The notes beneath the pieces were generated by a model, which saw nothing but the letters and a program-made list of their open reading frames with translations, was not told where the DNA came from and searched no databases. 64,000 bases of DNA, taken from an uncultured Candidatus Saccharibacteria bacterium. GTDB lineage: Bacteria > Patescibacteriota > Minisyncoccia > Phycocordibacterales > Phycocordibacteraceae. Location: NCBI GenBank assembly GCA_964446735.1, contig CAYUQB010000001.1, positions 199,465-263,464 on the forward strand. Direction: 5' to 3'. A program made the position numbers and the translations under genes. Of this stretch, positions 1-9,026 are shown one piece after another. Numbering within the stretch: position 1 is the stretch's first letter; each line of letters starts with the position of its first letter.

Positions 1-837
1 CACAAACAGGATGACCTTGCCCTGCGCGCGCTCCACTTCTTTCATGACCCCCTTCATTCGTTCCTCAAATTCTCCTCGATACTTAGTACCGGCAATCATG
101 AGACCCAGGTCAAGCGAGAGGAGCTCCTTTCCCTTAAGCGATTCAGGCACTTCTCCCGTTGCCATGCGTGCCGCAAGCCCTTCCGCGATCGCGGTCTTTC
201 CTACTCCCGCTTCACCGATGAGGACAGGGTTGTTCTTTGTACGACGCGAGAGGATCTGGATGACGCGGTTGATTTCCTGATCACGTCCAATGACGGGATC
301 GAGCGCATTGTCCGCCGCAAGTTTCGTGAGATTTCGGGTGTACTTGGCGAGTGCACGGAAACGTTTCTCTCCGGTGACTTGTCCATCCTTCGTAGATTTC
401 AACTCCTTAAGCACCGAGAGTACCGTTTCTTCATCTATCTTGAAGCGATGCACGATATCAGCTGCAGGTCCTGGATTCTCGAGGACTGCCACAAACAGGT
501 GCTCAGTGCCAATGAAGGAATCGTTCATGCGAGCGGCGATCTTCGCAGCGCTCTCAAGCGCTTGGGCAAGGTCGGGAGTGAGGTAGAGCTGGTAGGAAGG
601 AGAAAGGGTTGCGTTTGATTCGGGCGCTTCAAGCGTCTCAAGTACGGTGTCGGCAAGCAAGAGCGCATCGATGTCCATGCGATCCAGTACGGAAAAGACG
701 AGACTTTCCTCTTGGTGGATGAGGGCAGCCATGAGATGCAGCGGACTCACATGGTTCTGTCCGCGCTCGATGGCGAGCTCGTGAGCCTTTCTAATGGCTT
801 CTTTTGCTTTAGTGGTGAAGTTCTTGAAGGGAGGCAT
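1..837 (-). CDS. Clp-family AAA+ chaperone (ClpB/ClpC-type), N-terminal part; the C-terminus runs off the window start
   Basis: Reverse-strand translation from ATG (835-837) reads [26 protein letters not shown]... Two Clp_N repeats are followed by the Walker A motif [17 protein letters not shown]. There is no stop before position 1. The ORF track omits this open-ended frame. Confidence 0.85.
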   Translation of the reverse strand, partial: MPPFKNFTTKAKEAIRKAHELAIERGQNHVSPLHLMAALIHQEESLVFSVLDRMDIDALLLADTVLETLEAPESNATLSPSYQLYLTPDLAQALESAAKIAARMNDSFIGTEHLFVAVLENPGPAADIVHRFKIDEETVLSVLKELKSTKDGQVTGEKRFRALAKYTRNLTKLAADNALDPVIGRDQEINRVIQILSRRTKNNPVLIGEAGVGKTAIAEGLAARMATGEVPESLKGKELLSLDLGLMIAGTKYRGEFEERMKGVMKEVERAQGKVILFV

Positions 838-849
838 AGACAAATACTA

Positions 850-1608
850 TTACGGTTTTGCGGGCGTGGAGGTTGCGGATAGCAAGGTCTTGATCTTATC
901 GGTTGGTGCGAAGGTTCCTACAGAGTCCAGTGCAATACCGACAATATGACCGGAGCTATTCACTGCTGCAGAGCCTACGGCCACATTGCTGAGGCTCGTG
1001 TGAATGAGGTCATCGACCTTGGCGATGATGCCGGTGAGCGCACCGCCTCCGACACTAGCAGCAAGAACGGTCTGTCCCTGCTTCAGTTCACTCTTCGCGA
1101 CCAGGTTTGGTACCGCGACCTTGGGCAGCACTGCGGCGTCACCAAACCCGTAGATGGTCACGGTGGCACCTGCCTTGGAGAGTGAGGCGGGAGCGGCGGA
1201 ACCATCAGCAAATTCGATGAGTACCTCACGTGGAAGTCCTGGTGTCGATGCAGTTGCGATTGCCTTCGCACTTGGGAGGTACGTCCCTACCGCAATTGCC
1301 GGAGACGAGGTTGAACGGACGTGTATCGAGACTGATCTTGATACGTTTGCGGCGAGTGCTGCGGTGAGTAGATCTTCGTCATGGATGACCACGGTACGTG
1401 GAGGCGTCTGGATAATCCGCTCGATGGGCGTAGTTGAGGCAACCGCGTCCACCGTCCGCTCAACGATTTGATTCACCGTTTGAGTAATGGTGGGTGGTGC
1501 CTGATCCAGAAGCGACACCGTGAGTACCCCTACGGCAATCGAGGTCACGAAGTTCACCAACACCGTGAGCAGGAGAAGCTGGGTTTTTGTAAGATCCTCC
1601 AGGTTCAT
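850..1608 (-). CDS. Trypsin-like (S1/HtrA-type) serine protease domain protein with an N-terminal TM anchor; the active-site motif is divergent
   Basis: ORF 850..1737 (-). The start was moved to the internal ATG of MNLEDL, which has a GGAGA SD and sits 8 nt after the iscS-like stop. A TM helix is followed by an S1-like fold, with GSAAVNSSGHIVGIA in place of the GNSGGPLVN..GxVIGI motif. Confidence 0.5.
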   Translation of the reverse strand: MNLEDLTKTQLLLLTVLVNFVTSIAVGVLTVSLLDQAPPTITQTVNQIVERTVDAVASTTPIERIIQTPPRTVVIHDEDLLTAALAANVSRSVSIHVRSTSSPAIAVGTYLPSAKAIATASTPGLPREVLIEFADGSAAPASLSKAGATVTIYGFGDAAVLPKVAVPNLVAKSELKQGQTVLAASVGGGALTGIIAKVDDLIHTSLSNVAVGSAAVNSSGHIVGIALDSVGTFAPTDKIKTLLSATSTPAKP

Positions 1609-1615
1609 ATCTCCA

Positions 1616-2752
1616 TTATATAGCGTTCTCATCCAGGAATCGAACGGTGCGGACAAGTGCCTCACCAAAGCGCATAAGGTCACGGTGGTGAGTCGTCGGA
1701 CCCCACGAGATTCGGAGTGTTGATCGGGCACGTGCATCGTCCCCCGTCATCGCGAGCACTGAGCGAGATCCGGTATCTGAATCGGATTCACACGCGCTTT
1801 TGGTCGAGACTGCAAACCCCTCCGTATCAAGGAGCGCAACAAGATAGTCGGTATCACGCCCGATGCAGGAGACGTTCAGAATATGTGGGACTTTCTCCTC
1901 ACTCTCGTTCACGATTAGATTCGGAATTTCACGGATGCGAGTAATCAGGCTCTCGCGCAGCACACTCGCTCGTGTAGCAAACTTCTCTCGTCCCTCTTCG
2001 CATTCGGTAAGTGCAGTAGCAAATGCAGTAGCAAGTGCAGGGTTTTCGGTACCTGGTCGCAGTCCGCGTTCTTGACCACCTCCGCGCATGAGTGGCGCAA
2101 GGGATACGTGCGGACGAAGGAGGAGTACGCCGATACCACGTACGCCACCCACCTTTTGTGCATCAAGCGATACTGCATCCGCCCCAAGATGCGCGAGGGT
2201 GAAGGATTCTACAAGCGGCAGCTGGCTTGCGTCTACATGGAGTATGATCGGGGTGTCCTTCTGCGCATCGAGTGCTCTACGGACCGCACGAGTATCGAAT
2301 CGTTCGCCGGTCTCGCTGTTCACTGCGTCCATCGTGACCAGTACGGTGTCGTTGCGGAGCTTAGAAGTAAGGTCTGATGGGACGAAAGGTTCCACCTCTG
2401 CTCCTTCCGCCGTGAGCATATCGATGGCACCGATCACGGAGGCGTGCTGACTGGCCTGGTAGAGAACATGTGCCGCTTGTACTCCACGAGCACGCACCGC
2501 ACCTAGGATCGCAAGCGCGTTTGCTTCGGTTGCGCCTGAGGTAAAGATCACGCGTTCCGCTTTCACCTCTGCCATCCGGGCGATGCGCGTCCGAGCGTCC
2601 TCAAGTACCGCCTTAGCAGCTCGTGCTTCGCTGTAGGATGCGCCGGGATTCCCGTATGCAGTAAGCGCAGCACTAAATACTCCGCGTGCTCGCGAAGATA
2701 CGGGAGCGGCAGCCGCCCAATCGAGATACGTTCGTGATTCGCCAAATCTCAT
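1616..2752 (-). CDS. Cysteine desulfurase (class V aminotransferase, IscS/NifS-like)
   Basis: 378 aa. The PLP-fold motifs FTSGATEANA, HVDASQ and SLDAQKVGGVRGIGVL are present, and the C-terminus carries the active Cys (STKSACES). Confidence 0.8.
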   Translation of the reverse strand: MRFGESRTYLDWAAAAPVSSRARGVFSAALTAYGNPGASYSEARAAKAVLEDARTRIARMAEVKAERVIFTSGATEANALAILGAVRARGVQAAHVLYQASQHASVIGAIDMLTAEGAEVEPFVPSDLTSKLRNDTVLVTMDAVNSETGERFDTRAVRRALDAQKDTPIILHVDASQLPLVESFTLAHLGADAVSLDAQKVGGVRGIGVLLLRPHVSLAPLMRGGGQERGLRPGTENPALATAFATALTECEEGREKFATRASVLRESLITRIREIPNLIVNESEEKVPHILNVSCIGRDTDYLVALLDTEGFAVSTKSACESDSDTGSRSVLAMTGDDARARSTLRISWGPTTHHRDLMRFGEALVRTVRFLDENAI

Positions 2753-2818
2753 ATATGCACACTAGGGTACTGGATTGTTGCGTGCAACTGTCTGTGGTAC
2801 TGTCGCGGCAAGTGCACA

Positions 2819-3139
2819 TTGTCACGGGAGGAACGGATGCAGACCCATCTGTATCACCACACGCTACGGGAATACGTGCGGAGTGTGATGCTCTTCTTCT
2901 ACTTCATGCTCAAAACGTACTTCTATGACGAAGAGGCGAGCGAGCTGATGCGAGGCAGTGCGTTTCTCTGCTTCTGGATCGCAGTCCTTGCCGCCATAGG
3001 CGCGGCCTTCGCCACACAGACGATCGGATACGGTATCGGGGTGATGATCGGGGCCGGTGTGGCGAGCTACCTCGTCGCTGGATCCATCCTCACCGTCATC
3101 TGGAGACTCGCCACCGGCTATCTCCCCTCTGACGAATAG
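2819..3139 (+). CDS. Hypothetical small membrane protein
   Basis: 106 aa with two hydrophobic helices (FLCFWIAVLAAIGAAF, GVMIGAGVASYLVAGSIL). No recognisable domain. Confidence 0.35.
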   Translation: MSREERMQTHLYHHTLREYVRSVMLFFYFMLKTYFYDEEASELMRGSAFLCFWIAVLAAIGAAFATQTIGYGIGVMIGAGVASYLVAGSILTVIWRLATGYLPSDE

Positions 3140-3140
3140 C

Positions 3141-3180
3141 CGCCCGACGGATCGCCCGCATCCGTCGGGCGATCTCGTTT
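3141..3180 (+). terminator. Rho-independent terminator-like hairpin
   Basis: cccgacggat-cgcccgc-atccgtcggg forms a perfect 10-bp stem. It is followed by a T-rich tract, directly after the stop at 3137-3139. Confidence 0.5.
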
Positions 3181-3219
3181 ATTGAAAAACCAGCGTTTTT
3201 GTGGCAAAATCGCCTTATT

Positions 3220-4701
3220 ATGGCGTCGTCTCCCCGACCACCTATCGTGGCCGTCATGGGCCACATCGATCACGGGAAGTCCTCCCTGCTTGATTACATA
3301 CGCAAAAGCAATGTGACCGCTGGTGAAGCGGGTGGCATCACCCAGCACGTTTCTGCCTATGAAGCAGAGCATGAGCATGAAGGGGCGGTGCGCCGCATTA
3401 CGTTCCTCGACACCCCGGGCCATGAGGCGTTTCGAGCACTTCGAGCACGTGGTGCTGCAGTCGCCGATATTGCCATTCTCGTCATTGCCGCAGAAGAAGG
3501 CATTAAGCCACAGACTCTCGAAGCATTCAATGCAGCAAGTGAAGCGGGTACGCCAATCGTTGTTGCGTTTACGAAGATTGATAAGGCGGGTGCAGATGTG
3601 GAGCGTGCCAAAGTTTCAGCGCTTGAGCATGGCATCTATCTAGAAGGTCTTGGCGGCTCCATCGCATACACGGGTGTTTCCTCAAAATCAGGAGAAGGTG
3701 TTCCTGAGCTTCTTGACCTGGTACTGCTCACCGCTGACCTTGCGGAACTTACGGGAGATCCTCTCGCATCAGCAGAAGGATTTGTTCTTGAGTCTTCACA
3801 AGATCCGAAACAGGGACTCACCGCAACCCTCATCCTGAAGAACGGGACACTCGCAACTGGATCGTTTGTAGTTGCAGGAAGTGCGTACGCCCCGGTCCGC
3901 TTCATTGAAAACTTTGCAGGCAGTCGCATTCCTTCAGCCGGACCTTCCCAACCAGTACGCATTGCGGGGTGGAGTGAGCTTCCTTCCGCAGGCACACCGT
4001 TTACGGTTGTCGCAACGAAGAAGGACGCTGAGAAATTGGCGACCGAGGCGAATAAGTCAGTGCAGAAGCCGAACAGTGCCAGCATGACTGAAGATGGCAA
4101 AACGATGCTTCCGCTCATCGTAAAAGCTGATGTCTCTGGAAGTATCGAAGCGATCAAGCATGAGCTCGCAAAGATCGAGCATGAACGAGTCGCTATCCGC
4201 ATCATTTCAGAGGGCATCGGTGCGGTCTCCGAAGGAGATGTGAAGACCGCAGTCGCCGGAAATGGATTCATCATCGCGTTTAATGTCGGGACTGATGCAA
4301 CCGCACGTGATTTGGCGGAGCGTTCCGGTATCACGATTGATTCCTATACCATCATCTACGAGCTCAAGGAGCGCGTTGAGGAGTTGGTTACGCTTCGTGC
4401 TCCCAAGATCACGGTTGAAGAGACGCTCGGCGAGGCGAAGGTCCTCAAGACGTTCAATGCGTCTGGTGGTAAGGCGGTGTTGGGGGGTAAGTGGGTGTCG
4501 GGTCAGCTATCGGTAGGCGATCTGGTGAAGCTCGACCGCCGCGGGATTGATCTGGGGCGTGGCAGGATCACGAACATCCAGATGGCTCGTGCCGATGTGA
4601 AGGAACTGCATGTGGAAGGGGAATTCGGTATGCAGATTGAGACGAAAGCGGATATCGCGGGAGGCGACACCATCACAGCATTCCGCGTTATTGAAAATTA
4701 A
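3220..4701 (+). CDS. infB: Translation initiation factor IF-2 (minimal form, G-domain onward)
   Basis: MASSPRPPIVAVMGHIDHGKSSLLDYIRKS (G1), DTPGHEAF (G3) and TKIDK (G4) are present, followed by IF-2 C-domains. The track ORF begins at TTG 3199, and the first ATG is 3220. Confidence 0.85.
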   Translation: MASSPRPPIVAVMGHIDHGKSSLLDYIRKSNVTAGEAGGITQHVSAYEAEHEHEGAVRRITFLDTPGHEAFRALRARGAAVADIAILVIAAEEGIKPQTLEAFNAASEAGTPIVVAFTKIDKAGADVERAKVSALEHGIYLEGLGGSIAYTGVSSKSGEGVPELLDLVLLTADLAELTGDPLASAEGFVLESSQDPKQGLTATLILKNGTLATGSFVVAGSAYAPVRFIENFAGSRIPSAGPSQPVRIAGWSELPSAGTPFTVVATKKDAEKLATEANKSVQKPNSASMTEDGKTMLPLIVKADVSGSIEAIKHELAKIEHERVAIRIISEGIGAVSEGDVKTAVAGNGFIIAFNVGTDATARDLAERSGITIDSYTIIYELKERVEELVTLRAPKITVEETLGEAKVLKTFNASGGKAVLGGKWVSGQLSVGDLVKLDRRGIDLGRGRITNIQMARADVKELHVEGEFGMQIETKADIAGGDTITAFRVIEN

Positions 4702-4702
4702 C

Positions 4703-5026
4703 ATGAGTCTTCGCGACGAGAAGGCAGCATCTGAACTCCGCGATCTAGCCGGTGACTTTATCGCGCGTGAAGCAGGTCGTTCAACGCTGATCACCCCTAC
4801 CCGAGTCATGTATGGAAATGACCGCAAGCATGCAACGATCTATGTGTCCGTGTTCCCGATTGAACAGACCGAGCATGCACTTGCCTTTCTCGCACGCAAT
4901 GAACGGGAGTTCCGCGACTACCTCAAGAAGCATGGACGCTTCTCTGTTCTCCCGTTCGTGAAGTTCGTACAGGACTATGGCGAGCAAAATCGCCAACGGC
5001 TCGACGAACTTTCGAAGGACGTGTAG
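4703..5026 (+). CDS. rbfA: Ribosome-binding factor A
   Basis: About 107 aa. It starts 1 nt after the infB stop, which matches the conserved infB-rbfA linkage. The KH-like RbfA pattern (TLITPTRVMYGNDRKHATIYVS) is present. Confidence 0.7.
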   Translation: MSLRDEKAASELRDLAGDFIAREAGRSTLITPTRVMYGNDRKHATIYVSVFPIEQTEHALAFLARNEREFRDYLKKHGRFSVLPFVKFVQDYGEQNRQRLDELSKDV

Positions 5027-5046
5027 GCGCGTTATATTCAGTACAC

Positions 5047-5118
5047 GGCCCAGTGGCGAAGTAGAAACGCTCGAGTCTGCAAAACTCGCATGCGCGGGTG
5101 CGATTCCCGCCTGGGCCT
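5047..5118 (+). tRNA. tRNA-Cys (GCA)
   Basis: Acceptor ggcccag/ctgggcc. The anticodon stem is cgagt/actcg with loop ctGCAaa. The T-arm is gcgggtgcgattcccgc. CCA is not encoded. Confidence 0.75.
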
Positions 5119-5130
5119 CACATTAATTAG

Positions 5131-5213
5131 TACCGGGGGTGGGAGTCGAACCCACACGGCATTTCTGCCAGGGGATTTTAAGTCCCCGCTGTCTACCATT
5201 CCATCACCCCGGC
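5131..5213 (-). tRNA. tRNA-Leu (TAA), type II
   Basis: The reverse complement reads gccggggtgatggaatggtagacagcggggacttaaaatcccc...tgggttcgactcccaccccggta. The anticodon loop is ctTAAaa and the variable arm is long. Confidence 0.75.
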
Positions 5214-5258
5214 CTAGGGGGACGATACCATAGAGTCGCTGTGATAGTTTATATACTC

Positions 5259-6416
5259 ATGAGCCTCCGCACCTCCCTTCGAAAACTCCGCAGAAAACTG
5301 ACCGGCTACACTCCGCTCGTTGAGGTTGGTATCTCGAAGGAGAATCTAATTTATAACCTTCGAGCGTACCAAGAACGGTATCCCGAGCTCCAATTTGCTC
5401 CGGTACTGAAATCAAATGCGTACGGTCATGATCTTGCGACCGTCGCCCGTATTCTCGAACGAGAACGAGTCGCATTCTTCATGGTCGATTCCTATTACGA
5501 AGCACGTCGCCTGCGTCGTGCCGGCATTCGTTCACGCATCTTAGTCATGGGGTATGTGCGTCCTGAGGACATCGCCAAGTCACGACTCCCCCATGTTGAT
5601 TTTGGTATCACCGACCTTGAGCAGCTGCGTCGACTCGCTGAATTGATTCGTCATCCCGTCCGCATTCACCTCAAGATCGATACGGGGATGCATCGGCAAG
5701 GAATTCCGATCCCACACCTTGGGTATGCAGAAGACATCATCAAGGGTGAGCCGCACCTTGAACTGGTCGGTATCTGCTCCCACTTTGCGGATGCTGACAG
5801 CGAAGCGGAGGGATTCACTCAGGGGCAGGTTGAGAACTGGAAGACGGTTGCAAAGGAGTTGCTACTCACCTTCCCCTCAATCGAGTACCGCCACATCGCC
5901 GCAACCAAGGGTGTGCGCTTCGCTGACGACACTGGCACCAACGTGGTGCGACTTGGTATTGGGCTATATGGCTTCGATACCTCACCGAGTCATGAGACCC
6001 CGCTCCGTCCCGTACTTGAGCTTCGTGCCCTCATTGCTTCAATCCGTGACATTAGTGTGGGGGAGTCCGTGGGCTACAACGCAACCTTCACGGCCGATCG
6101 TCCCATGAGGATAGCCACCGTTCCGGTCGGCTACTACGAAGGGATCGATCGTAGACTTTCAGACAAAGGAGCAATGCTGGTGAACGGCAGCACGTGCCCC
6201 ATCGTCGGTCGCATATCAATGAACATGTGTTCTATCGATGTCACCCATGTTCCCGATGTTGCAGTTGGGGATGAAGTGGTCGCAATCAGCCGCGATCCGG
6301 TTCAGCCAAATTCCATAAGTAACATCGCACGCACCGTGAGTAGTTCTGACTACCGAGAAAGCGAATATGTGATGTTGGTCCACGTCGCACCACATCTGGT
6401 GCGGGTTGTGGAGTAA
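5259..6416 (+). CDS. alr: Alanine racemase
   Basis: The PLP-lysine motif PVLKSNAYGHD is present and the fold extends through the C-terminal β-domain. The start was set to ATG 5259, because the track ORF 5139 overlaps tRNA-Leu. Confidence 0.85.
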   Translation: MSLRTSLRKLRRKLTGYTPLVEVGISKENLIYNLRAYQERYPELQFAPVLKSNAYGHDLATVARILERERVAFFMVDSYYEARRLRRAGIRSRILVMGYVRPEDIAKSRLPHVDFGITDLEQLRRLAELIRHPVRIHLKIDTGMHRQGIPIPHLGYAEDIIKGEPHLELVGICSHFADADSEAEGFTQGQVENWKTVAKELLLTFPSIEYRHIAATKGVRFADDTGTNVVRLGIGLYGFDTSPSHETPLRPVLELRALIASIRDISVGESVGYNATFTADRPMRIATVPVGYYEGIDRRLSDKGAMLVNGSTCPIVGRISMNMCSIDVTHVPDVAVGDEVVAISRDPVQPNSISNIARTVSSSDYRESEYVMLVHVAPHLVRVVE

Positions 6417-6419
6417 TAG

Positions 6420-6492
6420 TCCGCCCACTAGGACTCGAACCTAGGACCCTTCGCTTAAGAGGCGAGTGCTCTACCAACTGAGCTATGGGCGG
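6420..6492 (-). tRNA. tRNA-Lys (CTT)
   Basis: The reverse complement reads ccgcccatagctcagttggtagagcactcgcctCTTaagcgaagggtcctaggttcgagtcctagtgggcgga. The first pair is an unusual C1:G72, and the anticodon stem has one C·A mismatch. Confidence 0.7.
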
Positions 6493-6543
6493 ATGGTTCG
6501 AATTCTAGCGTTTACGGCTTCAATAGTCCATATTGGGAATAAC

Positions 6544-6625
6544 GCCGAGGTGGCGAAATTGGTAGACGCGCCTGCCTTAGGAGCAGGTTCCGCAAGGAAT
6601 GGAGGTTCGAGTCCTCTCCTCGGCA
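6544..6625 (+). tRNA. tRNA-Leu (TAG), type II
   Basis: Acceptor gccgagg/cctcggc. The anticodon stem is cctgc/gcagg with loop ctTAGga. The variable arm is long and the T-loop is ggttcgagtcc. Confidence 0.8.
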
Positions 6626-6628
6626 CAC

Positions 6629-6679
6629 TTGACAAAGTGTAAATAATTGTGTAATGTCAATGTCGGAAGGACATTGACA
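6629..6679 (+). promoter_or_regulatory. σ70-like promoter with an overlapping perfect 10-bp inverted repeat (operator-like)
   Basis: TTGACA (6629-6634), a 17-nt spacer, then TAATGT (6652-6657). Immediately after comes TGTCAATGTC-ggaag-GACATTGACA (6655-6679). It lies upstream of an AAGGAGG SD and the ATG at 6717. Confidence 0.45.
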
Positions 6680-6716
6680 TGTCCTAGCAACAACATCAGC
6701 TGGCTCAAGGAGGGCC

Positions 6717-7973
6717 ATGTTCATGAGCGACACCACAGACACCGACGGTACGGTCCCTCCGACCGGTCCGCCGGAGAATGGGGCCCCTCATGTGGTGGCC
6801 CCCGAAGATCCGACTTCCGGTCCGACGCAAGTGCAGAAGACCATGGAAGCCATCCTCGACAGCCCGCATCTCTACCGCAGGGTCGTGATGTGGACGCTGA
6901 TCGTCTATGGCGTCCTCACCGTCCTCTCGCTCGCCACGTGGTGGGTGATCCTCTTTCGCGTCGGAGAGCTCAAGGGCAACCTCGGGTTCTGGTTCCTGCT
7001 TCCAGTGCTGGTCCATCTGGGCCTGTCGCTGAAGGTGGTTTCCACCTCCGTCGTCGCCTGGTACTACACCTTCGAGATTCCGATCAAGAAGGCGAAGACC
7101 GGTCTTCGATTCGTCCCGGCCGGCGTCATGAACCTCGTGAAGCTCCCTCGGAACATGCAGGAGATCAACATTCCTGCTCACCAGGACAAGATCTTCTGGG
7201 AGGACGAGAAGACGCCCCTACCTAAGGGCCTCACTCGCCCGATCTTCATGTTCACGAGCTCTGCGGTTCGTGGGCGCGGGGGCAAGGTCAAGGGCCAGGC
7301 GCAACAGAGCGTCGGCGTTGGCTGGTTCGTCCTGTGGGGCATCACCCATGTCCCCAACTTCGAGGCGAACTCCAGATCGATCCGGGAAACGAACAGCCAG
7401 CTTCGGAAGATCTCCACGGCCGTTGTCAGCGAGAATATCGCCGCCAACGACCTGGATGCCCTTCTGACCAACCTGGCCCCGTTCAACAGCCACCTGGACG
7501 ATCGTCTGCGCGAGCGGACAGTCAACTGGGGGATCGAGATCTTCGAGGTTGGTCTGTTCAAGATCAACCCGTCGCATGAGTACGCGACGGCCCAGCGCGA
7601 CGCCGCCAAGGCGCCGTTCGAAGCCGAAGCGCTCGCGACTGCGGCGCGCCAAAAGGCCCAAGAACGGGTCTGGCTCGGGGAGGCCGATGGTAAGGCTGAA
7701 CAGGCCCGCGCCCGCGGACCCCTGGTCGGTCGAGCTGAAGGTCTCGAACGCATCGTGAGCAGTCTCAAACTGCGAGACGGTCTACCCGTCCTTGCTGCTG
7801 AGACGGCCCGCGACGCTATGCTAAATGCGGAATGGGGCGTACTCGGCGCCGAGGGCGGTATGCGTGATCTGATGGGCATGGCGAAGGGCGCTCACGCGGC
7901 TCTCCAGCCGCGTGATCGCCAACGCCGTACCAACAACCGCCAGCGGCGTCCACAGCCGCAGACGCAGACATAG
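6717..7973 (+). CDS. SPFH/band-7 (stomatin/HflK/C-like) domain membrane protein with a Pro-rich N-terminus and a basic C-terminal tail
   Basis: A TM helix (VMWTLIVYGVLTVLSLATWWVILF) is followed by a band-7 core (WGIEIFEVGLFKINPSHEYATAQRDAAKA, then a coiled coil). GC is about 65% by eye, against 50-55% in the flanks. Confidence 0.7.
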   Translation: MFMSDTTDTDGTVPPTGPPENGAPHVVAPEDPTSGPTQVQKTMEAILDSPHLYRRVVMWTLIVYGVLTVLSLATWWVILFRVGELKGNLGFWFLLPVLVHLGLSLKVVSTSVVAWYYTFEIPIKKAKTGLRFVPAGVMNLVKLPRNMQEINIPAHQDKIFWEDEKTPLPKGLTRPIFMFTSSAVRGRGGKVKGQAQQSVGVGWFVLWGITHVPNFEANSRSIRETNSQLRKISTAVVSENIAANDLDALLTNLAPFNSHLDDRLRERTVNWGIEIFEVGLFKINPSHEYATAQRDAAKAPFEAEALATAARQKAQERVWLGEADGKAEQARARGPLVGRAEGLERIVSSLKLRDGLPVLAAETARDAMLNAEWGVLGAEGGMRDLMGMAKGAHAALQPRDRQRRTNNRQRRPQPQTQT

Positions 7974-7982
7974 GAGAGCGGG

Positions 7983-8630
7983 ATGAATCCCTTTGAAAAC
8001 ATCATCCTCTACCTGCCCATCCTCGCGGTGCTCGTCATCATCGTGGGCATCGTGCTCTGGCGATCTTCGGATCGCGAGAAGCCGAAGCACTCCGATGAGA
8101 ACGGAGCAGACGAACAAGAGTCGAACCTTGACGCTCCCGCTACGGAGCATCATGCACCGACTCCGCACGTCGCTCCGGCGGCAGCAAGCCACGAACACCA
8201 CGAGGGCGGGGGACATCACTCCCGCATCCTCGAGGCGTTCCTCTGGTTCGCGCTGATCGCAGTGATCTGCGCGGCCGGGATCGGGGGCTGGCGGTGGCTC
8301 AACGCCCCCACCAAGCCCTACCGGGCCACACAGATCGAGGCTCTGGCACAACCAGAGCAGACGATCTGCCCTACGCTCGATGACACCAGTGGGGAAACCT
8401 CCTGCGTCTTCGACAAGGGGTACCGCATTCCCGTGAGCCTGCAAGGCACACAGATCTGCGGCAGCGGCCTCCTGGCCACGCTCCGCTCCTACTACTACGT
8501 GGAGCGCGAGAATGGCCCGGTCCTTGGACCGGTGGCCTGGACCGGCAGCGATGAAGACCGTGGGCGTGATAAGACGTTGCTCATCGGCGAAGGTAGCGGA
8601 AGCGTTACCTATCGCCCCTGCAGCAGCTAA
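7983..8630 (+). CDS. Hypothetical membrane protein with a His-rich acidic linker and a Cys-containing C-terminal domain
   Basis: 215 aa. An AGGAGAG SD lies 5 nt upstream. There are two TM helices and the stretch HHAPTPHVAPAAASHEHHEGGGHH. It is co-directional with the SPFH gene and 9 nt downstream of it. Confidence 0.5.
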   Translation: MNPFENIILYLPILAVLVIIVGIVLWRSSDREKPKHSDENGADEQESNLDAPATEHHAPTPHVAPAAASHEHHEGGGHHSRILEAFLWFALIAVICAAGIGGWRWLNAPTKPYRATQIEALAQPEQTICPTLDDTSGETSCVFDKGYRIPVSLQGTQICGSGLLATLRSYYYVERENGPVLGPVAWTGSDEDRGRDKTLLIGEGSGSVTYRPCSS

Positions 8631-8662
8631 CGACTCGCCTGCTAGGACATGTGAACTTGAAC

Positions 8663-8698
8663 GACCCGGACGCTTCGTGCGCCCGGGTCTTTTCTTTA
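8663..8698. terminator. Bidirectional rho-independent terminator
   Basis: gacccggacgc-ttcgt-gcgcccgggtc followed by ttttcttt. It sits between the convergent gene ends at 8630 (+) and 8696 (-). Confidence 0.55.
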
Positions 8699-8962
8699 CT
8701 TAACCGAATCAGGCACGTCTACACCAAACGTACTCGCAAGAATAGCGACAATGGCTTTTGCTCCAAAGATAATGACCAGACCGATGAGACCCCAGATCAT
8801 ATGCTGCTGACCGGTAGTACGCTTTTCTTCGTTTGCTGCTCCCCCAATGAAGTCGACAACGCCCCACACGAAGACGATGAACGCTGCAAGCGCGATAAGG
8901 GTAATGAGCGGATTGATGATGGCAGTTTCTACCTTGCCGAGAAATTCATTGAATGCATTCAT
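8696..8962 (-). CDS. T4SS-pilin-like (VirB2/TrbC-like) small membrane protein, paralog 1
   Basis: 88 aa. It has two hydrophobic helices separated by the short polar loop GGAANEEKRTTGQQ. The architecture is shared with the next four genes. Confidence 0.55.
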   Translation of the reverse strand: MNAFNEFLGKVETAIINPLITLIALAAFIVFVWGVVDFIGGAANEEKRTTGQQHMIWGLIGLVIIFGAKAIVAILASTFGVDVPDSVK

Positions 8963-9026
8963 TGGACTTCATAATAGCAGAACCCGCGTCCAGGGACGCG
9001 GGTTCTGCGTGGAGAGTGGATCGCGA

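Noticed and set aside
11-618. Plus-strand ORFs 11-280, 290-586 and 379-618
   Set aside because: They are antisense to the strongly supported ClpB/C-like gene (Clp_N repeats and Walker A on the minus strand). Their translations have no recognisable motifs.
5139-5258. Upstream extension of alr to ATG 5139
   Set aside because: It would overlap tRNA-Leu(TAA) on the opposite strand. The internal ATG 5259 gives a normal alanine racemase N-terminus.
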